Shown here one piece after another: positions 16,106-27,346 of a DNA stretch of 64,000 nt; position 1 is the stretch's first letter, and every line of letters starts with the position of its first letter. The stretch comes from Ectothiorhodospiraceae bacterium (GTDB lineage Bacteria > Pseudomonadota > Gammaproteobacteria > Nitrococcales > Aquisalimonadaceae), in NCBI GenBank assembly GCA_003565775.1, contig PXAT01000060.1:14222-78221 (forward strand). The letters run 5' to 3'. A model generated the notes under the pieces. It worked only from the letters and a program-made list of their open reading frames with translations. It had not been told where the DNA came from and did not search any database. The position numbers and the translations under genes are program-made.

Positions 16106-18232
16106 TCAGGCCGCCTCCGTGGCCTGACCGTCGAGGGCGAGGGCTTCCGCCACCAGTTCGTTGAGTTCGCGAACCACGAACTGACCTTCGTAGCCGGACG
16201 TCTTCAAGGCATCCTCGAACATGGTCAGGTCCTTGGGGCAGGCCACGACGAAGACCTCTAGCCCCTCGATCCGGGCAGCCTCGTGCATGCGATTCTCGGA
16301 CGGCTTTTCCTTGCCCGGCGGATCGGCCATCCAGATACGCCCGCCGCCGGCGCCGCAGCAGAACGAGTTCTCGCCGGATCGATCCATCTCCACCAGATCC
16401 AGCCCCAGGGCCTGCATCACGTAACGCGGTGCATCGAAGCCCCGGTTGAAGCGGCCGAGATGGCAGGGGTCGTGGTAGGTGACCCGGTAATTGAGCGTCC
16501 GCTGGAAGTGCAGCCGCCCCTCCTCGATGAGCTGTTTCAGCAACGAGGTGTAGTGGTAGATCAGATACTGGCCGCCGAACTGCGGATACTCGTTGCGAAT
16601 GGTGTTCAGCGAATGCGGATCGGTGGTCACCAGACGCTCGAACTCCACATCCTCCAGTGTCGCGACATTGCCCTCCGCCAGCATCTCGTAGAGGCCCTCC
16701 TCGCCGACCCGGCGAACGTCATTGCCGGCGTTCTGCTCGGCGTCATAGAGGATGCCGAAGTCCACCTCGGCGTGATGCAGGATGCGGGCGAAATCCCGGG
16801 TCACGGACTGGTTGCGCGGATCGAACGAGGCGTAGTCGCCGACGAACCAGAGAAAGTCCACCGGCTCCTTGCGCGCGTCCTTCACCGGGAAGTCCAGCTC
16901 GTCGGCCCACTTGCCACGCTTGCGCTTGGCCTCGCCGAAGGAATTGCCGCGCTTCTGGATCTTCTGCAACGTGCCCTGCAGCATCGGATCCATTTCGCCC
17001 TGCTCCACCAGCCAGCGGCGCATCTGCACGATGATCGGCACATGCTCGATGGCCACCGGACAGATCTCGACGCAGGCCATGCAGGTGCGGCATGCCCACA
17101 GGGTCTCGGCCCGGATCTGGTGGACGCCATCGCCGTGAACGATCAGCTCGTCGGCATGCTTCGGCTTGCCTTCGAGATTGTCATGGGCGAATTCGCGCAG
17201 GGTCAGGACCAGGTCGCGGGGCGACAGCGGAAGCCCGCTGGCATTGGCCGGACAGGCCTCGTGGCAGCGGCCGCATTTGGTGCAGGCATCCAGGTGCAGC
17301 AGGTGCTTGCGGCTGAAGTCCGTGATCCGGCCATAGCCGGCATCCTCGCCCTCCTCGGGCAGTTTCGGCAGCCGCTGGGCGGCGAGCGGGTCGCGCAGCA
17401 TCAGCGAGCCGCCAGCCGTGAAGATATGCTTGACCTTGGTAAACGGGATGGCGGCGACAAAGGCCAGCGCCAGCACGCCGTGGAACCACCAGGTGGCGGT
17501 GCGCAGGACGCCGGCGCCTTCGCTGCTCAGCCCGAGCCCCGACAGGGCATAGGCGATACTGGTGCCCACCGGGGTCCACCAGCGGTAATCCCAGACCAGG
17601 GGGTCCTCGATCAGCCAGAGCTTGCGGCTGCCATTGAGCAGGAAACCGGTCACACCGATGATGATCAGTGCCCAGAGAAAGGCCCAGTCCTCGATCCGGT
17701 AGGCACTGCGATCCGCGTCCGGCTCTCCCGGCTCCCGATCGGGACGGCGGTAGTCCAGCTTGGGCGGTTTGATCCAGCCGCGCCGGACCATCATGTAGAC
17801 CAGTCCGATGATCAGGGCGAGACCGGCCAGATCCAGGGTCAACTGGAACAGCAGATAGAACTCGCCATGCCAGAAGGACAGCCCCAGCGGTCCGAGGATG
17901 TCGTAGTCGATGAAGATCAGCGACGTGCCTATGAACAGCAGCACGAAGCCGAAGAAGATTGCCGCATGGGCGCGCCCGGCCGCGGCATCCCGGCGGCGCA
18001 GCGTGCGGTGAGTGAGCATGGTCAGGCACAGGTCCCGGAAGCGTCGCAGCAGATCGGCCCAGGAGCCGTCGGCAACGCCCTGTCGATACTTGCGTATCTG
18101 CAGATAACAGCCCCAGGCGAAAATGCCCAGAGCGATGAATCCGAGAATGTAGAACAGCACGATGCCGACCGCGGAGAAATCCTGGAACAACTCCCGGGTC
18201 ACATCTGCTGAATCATGGGTCGGATTAATCAT
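16106..18232 (-). CDS. Membrane-anchored Fe-S oxidoreductase (DgcB/HdrD/GlpC-like: TM domain + 2x[4Fe-4S] + CCG domains)
   Basis: 708 aa. N-terminal hydrophobic helices, CTKCGRCHEACP and CRTCMACVEICP, then Cys-rich ..YHDPCHLGR.. and ..NSFCCGAGGG... GAGG RBS. Confidence 0.8.
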   Translation of the reverse strand: MINPTHDSADVTRELFQDFSAVGIVLFYILGFIALGIFAWGCYLQIRKYRQGVADGSWADLLRRFRDLCLTMLTHRTLRRRDAAAGRAHAAIFFGFVLLFIGTSLIFIDYDILGPLGLSFWHGEFYLLFQLTLDLAGLALIIGLVYMMVRRGWIKPPKLDYRRPDREPGEPDADRSAYRIEDWAFLWALIIIGVTGFLLNGSRKLWLIEDPLVWDYRWWTPVGTSIAYALSGLGLSSEGAGVLRTATWWFHGVLALAFVAAIPFTKVKHIFTAGGSLMLRDPLAAQRLPKLPEEGEDAGYGRITDFSRKHLLHLDACTKCGRCHEACPANASGLPLSPRDLVLTLREFAHDNLEGKPKHADELIVHGDGVHQIRAETLWACRTCMACVEICPVAIEHVPIIVQMRRWLVEQGEMDPMLQGTLQKIQKRGNSFGEAKRKRGKWADELDFPVKDARKEPVDFLWFVGDYASFDPRNQSVTRDFARILHHAEVDFGILYDAEQNAGNDVRRVGEEGLYEMLAEGNVATLEDVEFERLVTTDPHSLNTIRNEYPQFGGQYLIYHYTSLLKQLIEEGRLHFQRTLNYRVTYHDPCHLGRFNRGFDAPRYVMQALGLDLVEMDRSGENSFCCGAGGGRIWMADPPGKEKPSENRMHEAARIEGLEVFVVACPKDLTMFEDALKTSGYEGQFVVRELNELVAEALALDGQATEAA

Positions 18233-18330
18233 GTCGCTGCCTCGCCAGGGTCAACTGCGGACCCTCGTATCAGTGACTGGCAAAGGGCCGTTCCGGGATG
18301 CCGACAGGCGAATCCCGGAACGGCAACCGC

Positions 18331-21310
<2,980 letters not shown>

Positions 21311-21399
21311 CGATTCCTGCACGATCCACCTCCAGGTGTTTTGCCGAAAGCATCTGCGCATGCAGAGGCCGGGTTTCGTGTATTGCTGCAGGGTGGGGT

Positions 21400-21415
21400 A
21401 GCACTGCCTGTGCCA
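21400..21415 (-). promoter_or_regulatory. Candidate sigma54 (-24/-12) promoter of the six-gene dehydrogenase/ETF operon
   Basis: Minus strand reads TGGCACAGGCAGTGCT (TGGCAC-N5-GTGCT, GG-N10-GC), about 90 nt upstream of ATG 21310. Confidence 0.55.
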
Positions 21416-21492
21416 GATGCAGGAAAGCCCCGTCGCACAAGGGCTGCAGCCCCGGCGGGAGGGCAATGCCCACGCATGCCCCTCCTCCGCGA

Positions 21493-21537
21493 GTCGCAAA
21501 AGCGGGACTATCGATTGCGAATTCGCAGTTTTGCGAC
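21493..21537. promoter_or_regulatory. Nested palindrome, candidate enhancer (UAS) for the adjacent activator
   Basis: GTCGCAAAA (21493-21501) and TTTTGCGAC (21529-21537) flank a perfect 12-bp palindrome TGCGAATTCGCA (21516-21527). It lies about 80-135 bp upstream of the 21400-21415 promoter. Confidence 0.35.
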
Positions 21538-21600
21538 AAAAGGCTGGAATAAATGGCCGAAAAATCTCTCTGCAGGAAACGATGTTGCTTATTGATTAAT

Positions 21601-21616
21601 TGGTGCCATATTTGCA
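21601..21616 (+). promoter_or_regulatory. Candidate sigma54 (-24/-12) promoter in front of the second activator gene
   Basis: Plus strand reads TGGTGCCATATTTGCA (GG-N10-GC with TTGCA at -12) in an AT-rich patch. Confidence 0.4.
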
Positions 21617-21683
21617 ACGAACTGCTTGACAGGTGCAGTGTGACTTCGTCAATGATCTGGGCAATCAATGCGGGCGTTCGCCA

Positions 21684-23624
21684 ATGGCAGTCTCGGGACA
21701 AAGCAAGAACGATGCATCGGCCGTGAAACCGACCTGTGAGCAGGACAGTGCGGCATGGCTTCGCTGCAGGGAGGAGTACGGACTGGCTCCGGAAATGCGG
21801 CCCGCGGACAGCAAACTCGCAACCGAGCAGCTCAAGCGCCTTCAGGGCCAATTCGGGGAAACGTTCGGTGTCGCTCGCGCGGAAATGAACAGCCTGGCCC
21901 GGCGCCTGGCGGGAACGAGATGCGGCGTTGCCATTGCCGATGCACGTGGCACCGTACTGCACTACCTCGGCGACCCGGAGTTCAATGCGATGACCTCCGG
22001 CGTCAGGATGAGCCCGGGGACCGACTGGAGCGAGAAGACCCAGGGCAACTCGGCCATTGGCACCTGCGCTGCGCTGCAGCGCCCGGTCTCGGTCATCGGC
22101 GACGGACATTTCCTGGCCTGCCATCGCTGGCTGGCGGGAACCGCAATTCCCGTATTCAGTGGCGATGGTCAACTGGCGCTGGTGCTGGCACTGCTCACCA
22201 CCGCGAGGGAAAGCGACGGTTGTCAGCGCTACACCAGGGCACTGCTTGAAATGACCGCGCAGCTGGTTGATCGACGCGCCTTTCTCAAGCGTTTCGCTTC
22301 ACATACGATCCTGCGTTTTCATTCGCGGCCGGACTCGGTGGACAATATTGACGGTGGTCTGATTGCCCTGGGCCGCGAGCAACAGGTTCTGGCGATGAGC
22401 GAGACGGCGAGAAGCCTGCTCGGGGGCATTGCGCCGACCGCCCGACAGCTCGGTGAGCTGAGTGAGTTCCTGAATCTGAGCCTGGACGAGTTCCCCGAAG
22501 GTGACGCGGAACCGGCAAGCGTATTCGATTCCCGCCACGGGCGACGCTTCTATGTACTGATCGACTCGCCGGCAGTGAGATCGGGGGCCGGCACCTCAGG
22601 ATGCGCCAACGGGCATGACCCGGAAGCCCTGGAAGGGGAAGACTGCCTCACATCGCTGGAACTTGGCGACCCGGCGGTTGCCGATCATATCCGCCGCGCA
22701 AAGCGGCTGGCCGACGAGAACATCCCTATTCTGGTTCACGGCGAGACGGGCACCGGGAAGGAACTGTTTGCGAAATCCCTGCATCAGGCCTGTAATCGCC
22801 GGGATGGCCCCTTCGTCGCGGTCAACTGCGCCTCGATACCGGAAAGCCTCATCGAGAGTGAGTTGTTCGGCTACAAGGGAGGGGCTTTCACCGGTGCCAA
22901 TCGACGTGGCAACGTCGGACGCATCGTCCAGGCCGATGGTGGCACGCTGTTTCTCGACGAGATCGGCGACATGCCACTTGCTCTGCAGGCCCGCCTGCTA
23001 CGTGCCCTGCAGGAACGTGAAGTCCTGCCGCTGGGCGGTGACAAGCCAGTTCCCGTGGACATCTGCCTGATCAGCGCAACCCACCGTGATTTAAGGGAAC
23101 TGATCGCCGAGGGGTGCTTCCGGGAAGACCTGTATTACCGCCTGCAGGGCTTCACACTGACCCTGCCGCCGCTTCGCGAACGTCACGACCGCATCGCGCT
23201 GATCGAGAATCTGCTGGCCTGCAAGAGTGCGCCATGTCAGCCACCGAAAATCGCGCCGGACGCGATGCGGCTGCTGGACCGATATCCCTGGCCCGGGAAC
23301 ATCCGACAACTGGTCACATGCATCCGGACGATGGTGGCGTTGCATGAAGGAGGTTGCATCACTGTTGACGACCTCCCCGCCGAGATCCGTTGCTGCGACA
23401 GGATGCAGGCGATACCCGGGACGGAGATCGACGGCAGTGGTCCGGAGGACCGATCGTCAGTGCTGCACAAGGCGGAGCGTGATGCTCTGTTAACAACGCT
23501 CCGGCAATATCACTGGCAGGTCGCGGAGGCTGCCCAGTCTCTCGACATCAGTCGCAGCACCCTGTACCGGAAAATGAAACGCTACGATATCCACCCGCCC
23601 CGGAAGACCTCCCCGTTCGCTTAA
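21684..23624 (+). CDS. Sigma54-dependent transcriptional activator, AcoR-like (paralog of 3533-5470)
   Basis: Track ORF starts at GTG 21633. ATG 21684 (MAVSGQ..) fits alignment with the paralog (AAWLRCREEYGLAP vs ARAWERCRLAGLDP) and leaves a leader after the 21601 promoter. GETGTGKELFAKSLH, ESELFGYKGGAFTGA, SRSTLYRKMKRY. Confidence 0.85.
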   Translation: MAVSGQSKNDASAVKPTCEQDSAAWLRCREEYGLAPEMRPADSKLATEQLKRLQGQFGETFGVARAEMNSLARRLAGTRCGVAIADARGTVLHYLGDPEFNAMTSGVRMSPGTDWSEKTQGNSAIGTCAALQRPVSVIGDGHFLACHRWLAGTAIPVFSGDGQLALVLALLTTARESDGCQRYTRALLEMTAQLVDRRAFLKRFASHTILRFHSRPDSVDNIDGGLIALGREQQVLAMSETARSLLGGIAPTARQLGELSEFLNLSLDEFPEGDAEPASVFDSRHGRRFYVLIDSPAVRSGAGTSGCANGHDPEALEGEDCLTSLELGDPAVADHIRRAKRLADENIPILVHGETGTGKELFAKSLHQACNRRDGPFVAVNCASIPESLIESELFGYKGGAFTGANRRGNVGRIVQADGGTLFLDEIGDMPLALQARLLRALQEREVLPLGGDKPVPVDICLISATHRDLRELIAEGCFREDLYYRLQGFTLTLPPLRERHDRIALIENLLACKSAPCQPPKIAPDAMRLLDRYPWPGNIRQLVTCIRTMVALHEGGCITVDDLPAEIRCCDRMQAIPGTEIDGSGPEDRSSVLHKAERDALLTTLRQYHWQVAEAAQSLDISRSTLYRKMKRYDIHPPRKTSPFA

Positions 23625-23687
23625 GGAATCACCAGGTTATTCCCGCGTCTGCGCCCGAGACCGGCTCTGGTCATCTGGCAAGGCGCG
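23621..23687 (-). repeat. Intergenic repeat family, copy C (inverted relative to copy A)
   Basis: TTAAGGAATCACCAGGTTATTCCCGCGTCTGCGCCCGAGACCGGCTCTGGTCATCTGGCAAGGCGCG is a near reverse complement of 37526-37592. The TAA of its TTAAGG end is the activator's stop codon. Confidence 0.6.
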
Positions 23688-23729
23688 CTGCGCAGCGCCG
23701 GGCACTCGGTCGCAGGCGATTACAGCCCG

Positions 23730-24122
23730 TCAGGCATGCCCGGGAGTCAGTGGGATGTCGCCGGGCCGGGTGACCACGAGCTCCGTAATCAGCACGCCGT
23801 CCCGGTCCTGCAGGACGTCCGTGGACTGACAGTCGTAGATCGGATCCCGTCCGTTCTCGAAGTCGTAAACGGTCAGTGTCGCCTCCCCCGCATTGGCGAC
23901 GTCGAGCATGATGCCGGCAACGAGTTCCTGCGGAACCTGAAGGCCGGATTCCTGGGTGTGCGAGAGCACGTCGGCGCCGTCCAGCGACCCGCCATCCGGG
24001 AGCGTCCGCAAGAGGTGTCGGATGATGCGCCGGGTCTGTTCGGCATTGCCGATGTCGGTATTGCCTTTCAGCATGACCGTGTCGTCGTCGATGTTGCCGT
24101 CGTAGAACGCCATATCGGCCAT
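23730..24122 (-). CDS. Hypothetical acidic protein
   Basis: Track ORF is 23730-24251. ATG 24122 (MADMAFYDGNIDDD..) has a GGAG RBS. No recognised motif. Confidence 0.5.
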   Translation of the reverse strand: MADMAFYDGNIDDDTVMLKGNTDIGNAEQTRRIIRHLLRTLPDGGSLDGADVLSHTQESGLQVPQELVAGIMLDVANAGEATLTVYDFENGRDPIYDCQSTDVLQDRDGVLITELVVTRPGDIPLTPGHA

Positions 24123-24384
24123 AGATCTGCTCCACTGCGTTGCTATAGGTCCAAGATGCGGCCCCTTGCGGCAAATCACAAGGTTCGAGCGGACGGGAAC
24201 GTCTCCCCGATGGCCAGTCCCTGCCGTTGGCGACCTCCCGGATCCTGCCATCTACTGCCCGTTCCATACCGTTCATCGCATGCCGTTTGCGCGCAGCCGG
24301 CGAATCGTCGACTATTCAAATCAATTAGTTGAAATTACCAGCGTGTGCCGGTAGCACGCGGCCCAGTTCCCTTGAGAGAACCGT

Positions 24385-24777
24385 ATGGAAAAGGTGGAAA
24401 AGCGCCGCAATGTTCGCCTTCCCGTTACGTTGACCGGGCAGCTATCCGGTGGTCGATTGAAGGCCCGTACCGTGGAAACCCGAAATCTCAGTCTGACCGG
24501 TGCGCGGCTGGATCTCGTGCCACTGGAATCGGACGTCGAGGGTGATTGCATCCTGACCCTGTTCCTGCCGACCGACGAGATGCGCTGCGTCTCGGTCCGC
24601 TGTCGCACGAATTACAGTGATGGCGCCAGCTGCGGTCTTGCGTTTCTGAGTATCGATCAGCATGACTTCGCGCTGCTGAGCGATTATCTCGAAAGCGAAA
24701 TTGACGACCCTGCGGTGATTCGTCGCGAAATCAAACAGGGACATGTTCCCATGATGGAAAGCTGGGCCGTCCTGTGA
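24385..24777 (+). CDS. Single-domain PilZ protein (c-di-GMP receptor-like)
   Basis: 130 aa with RRNVR (RxxxR) near the N-terminus and NLSLTG (D/NxSxxG) about 30 aa later. Confidence 0.75.
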   Translation: MEKVEKRRNVRLPVTLTGQLSGGRLKARTVETRNLSLTGARLDLVPLESDVEGDCILTLFLPTDEMRCVSVRCRTNYSDGASCGLAFLSIDQHDFALLSDYLESEIDDPAVIRREIKQGHVPMMESWAVL

Positions 24778-24953
24778 GCGCGCCCTGCCTTGCTTGAACA
24801 GATCCCGGCTTTCGCCGAGTAATTCCTTTTTCGCGCCCGGGGTCGCCGGTCAGGCTCCGCCGGTGCGACCGATGCCGATCATCAGCCCTGCTGCCATGAA
24901 GACGGCCCCGACGACGGTCAGGTTCGCCCCGGACGCCACCCCGACCGGCAGGC

Positions 24954-26090
24954 TCAGCTCCCTTTTCCGGGTTCGGCCAGTTCCATGCGCAGGTTAATCA
25001 ACCGCAGCAGACGTTCCCGGTCAATCCATCCCCGGGGCCGCTCCCCCTCCATGACCGGCACCTGATTGAGGTTTTTCTCGCTCAGCAACTGAAGCACTTC
25101 GAGCGCGGGGGTTTCCGGACCTACCGAGACCAGGGCATCACGGGAGGTCATGCACTGGTCCACGGTGGTCAGGGTCCACTGCTTTCGCCCCCGGGAACGG
25201 ATATCGCTGAGCGTCACCAGTCCCAGCACCCGGTCGCCCTGGCAGACCAGTGCAGCGCGCACCCCCTGCCCCAGAGCGTCGTGCTCCACCCAGTCGGCGA
25301 CACTGGTCCCGGCCGCCACAGTCGGCGCTGCACGTTCGGCCAGATCCCGCGCCAGCACACCGGCCAGACGGTGCTGCATGTTGAATCCCTGCTGGCCGGC
25401 CTCGGCATTGGCGAGCAGAAACCAGGCGATCAGCATGATCCAGATGCCGCCCAGTACATTGCCGTGGGCAAGCATGGTCCAGAGACCCAGGGCGACCAGC
25501 AAATAGGCCACCGTTTTCCCGCCGGCTACCGCAGCGCGCATGCCCCGCTCGGCATCGCCGGTGACCTTCCAGACCAGGGCGCGAAATACCCGACCGCCGT
25601 CCAGCGGGAACCCGGGCACGAGATTGAACACGGCCACCACGAAATTGATCAGGGCGAGCCATGCGGCGGCGGCGGCGGCAGGTTCGCTGACACCGGTCAG
25701 TGCCAGCGCGAGCAGATGGAAAATCGCCGCCAGCGCGAAACTGGTCAATGGTCCGGCAATGGCAATCCAGAATTCATCGTCCGCGGTACGGGACTCCCTG
25801 GACAGCTGCGCCAGGCCACCGAACAGGAACAGCGTGATTGACCGCACGGGAATACCCTTGCGGATGGCCACCAGGCTGTGCCCCAGTTCATGGGCAACGA
25901 TGCTGGCGAAGAACACCAGAACGGTGAGCGCAGCGGTCACCATCACGGTGGCAGCGGACCAGTCCGGATACTGGTGCTGAAAACTCGCACCCAGGACAAG
26001 CAGCAGCAACGCGAAGATGATCAGCCAGCTGACATGGATCTGCATGCGAATGCCGCGGATTTCGCCGAGCACCAGAACGGAACGGAACAT
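24954..26090 (-). CDS. Site-2 protease (M50) with C-terminal CBS pair
   Basis: Track ORF is 24954-26855. ATG 26090 (MFRSVLVLG..) has a GGAGGGAG RBS. HELGH zinc motif, NLVPGFPLDGG, and a CBS-like C-terminus. Confidence 0.85.
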   Translation of the reverse strand: MFRSVLVLGEIRGIRMQIHVSWLIIFALLLLVLGASFQHQYPDWSAATVMVTAALTVLVFFASIVAHELGHSLVAIRKGIPVRSITLFLFGGLAQLSRESRTADDEFWIAIAGPLTSFALAAIFHLLALALTGVSEPAAAAAAWLALINFVVAVFNLVPGFPLDGGRVFRALVWKVTGDAERGMRAAVAGGKTVAYLLVALGLWTMLAHGNVLGGIWIMLIAWFLLANAEAGQQGFNMQHRLAGVLARDLAERAAPTVAAGTSVADWVEHDALGQGVRAALVCQGDRVLGLVTLSDIRSRGRKQWTLTTVDQCMTSRDALVSVGPETPALEVLQLLSEKNLNQVPVMEGERPRGWIDRERLLRLINLRMELAEPGKGS

Positions 26091-26119
26091 GGACTCCCTC
26101 CTTCCGGACGGCGCCACTC

Positions 26120-27337
26120 TCAGGAGGCGGTCATCCGACCACGGGTCAATACGACGATCAGGGTGGCCACCGCGAATGCCCCGCCGAACAGCAACAGGGA
26201 ACCGCGGAGGTCGCTCATCAGTTCGGGATTGAGCAGTAGTGCGCCGGCCAGAGCCAGCATGATGGTGCCGCCATAGAGCTTGAGCAACCTGCCGTGCCGC
26301 TCCTCGAAACGGTCCATGCGCAAGGTCAGCAATGCCAGCCCGAATACCAGCAACTCGATCAGAAGATAGACCAGAACATACAGGGCCAGCAGTATCGCAA
26401 AGGAGCCACCGCTGACACCCCGCTCGGCGAGGATGCCGCTCCAGAGTACCGGGAAGCCCGCCGTGCAGGGTAACTCCACCAAGGCGATGCCGCTGGCCAT
26501 GATCACGGTGGTCAGAATCAGTGCCGCACCGCCGAGCTGTTTCTGCCGCAGTCCGCGCAGTCCCCGATAGATGCCCGGTTTGCGGGACTCGGCGATGGTG
26601 AATGAGAGACCGCGCTTGTACCAGAAATAATCCTTGACGTTGACCAGCCCGAAAACCAGGGCAAAGCCGGCCACCAGCCATTGCACCCAGTGCAGATAGA
26701 GCAGGAACGACAGGACGCTGAACACGCCGGCGATGAAGGCGCCGTAGAGTAACGCGGTAGTCAGCAGAAACGTGCCGCCGACCAGCGCGATCCGGTGGCG
26801 TGAGCCGGAATTGATCACCAGCGCCAGCAACAGGGTCAGAACCCAGAGCGAACACGGGTTGAAACCGTCCACAAGGGCGATCAGCAGTGTCAGCACGACC
26901 GTCGACCCCTGGTCCTGGCGAAGCGCTTCAAGCCACCCCGTGACGGACTCGGTGACCTGCGGCGACGCCGACGCCGGATCGTGGACGGCCGCGACCGCCT
27001 GCTGCATCTGCTGCTGAATCAGCGGACTGTTACCGACCCATACCCGCTCGTTGAAGAACACTGTCGGCACCGATAGCGCGCTCAGACCACGCGCGGATGC
27101 CATGTGCCGGAAACGCTCGTGATAGCGCTGCGACCGGGACAGCTCCATGGTGATGACCGGCAGGCCCGGGTAGGCGTCCTGCAGCTCTTCGAGGAATTGC
27201 TTCTGTTCCCGGCAATGGGGACAGTCCTCACTCCAGAACACGTACAGGGTATCTGCCTCGAAAAGCGGTTCGCTCCAGCCCGGCGACGGCAGGGCCAGCA
27301 GCAGCAACAGTGCAACAAGAACGGAGGCACGCGGCAC
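26120..27337 (-). CDS. Thioredoxin/glutaredoxin-fold domain fused to a CcdA/DsbD-like membrane domain
   Basis: 405 aa. Signal peptide, WSEDCPHCREQK (CxxC), then a polytopic domain with ..DGFNPCS.. and ..ELPCTAGFP... GTG start with a GAGGAAAT RBS overlapping the copA stop. Confidence 0.7.
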   Translation of the reverse strand: MPRASVLVALLLLLALPSPGWSEPLFEADTLYVFWSEDCPHCREQKQFLEELQDAYPGLPVITMELSRSQRYHERFRHMASARGLSALSVPTVFFNERVWVGNSPLIQQQMQQAVAAVHDPASASPQVTESVTGWLEALRQDQGSTVVLTLLIALVDGFNPCSLWVLTLLLALVINSGSRHRIALVGGTFLLTTALLYGAFIAGVFSVLSFLLYLHWVQWLVAGFALVFGLVNVKDYFWYKRGLSFTIAESRKPGIYRGLRGLRQKQLGGAALILTTVIMASGIALVELPCTAGFPVLWSGILAERGVSGGSFAILLALYVLVYLLIELLVFGLALLTLRMDRFEERHGRLLKLYGGTIMLALAGALLLNPELMSDLRGSLLLFGGAFAVATLIVVLTRGRMTAS

Positions 27338-27346
27338 GGGATTTCC

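Noticed and set aside
24800-24850. Possible fifth, degenerate copy of the intergenic repeat after the PilZ gene (..GAGTAATTCC-TTTTTC-GCGCCCGG..)
   Set aside because: Only short patches match (AGTA.TTCC and GCGCCCG). The similarity is too weak to call by eye.
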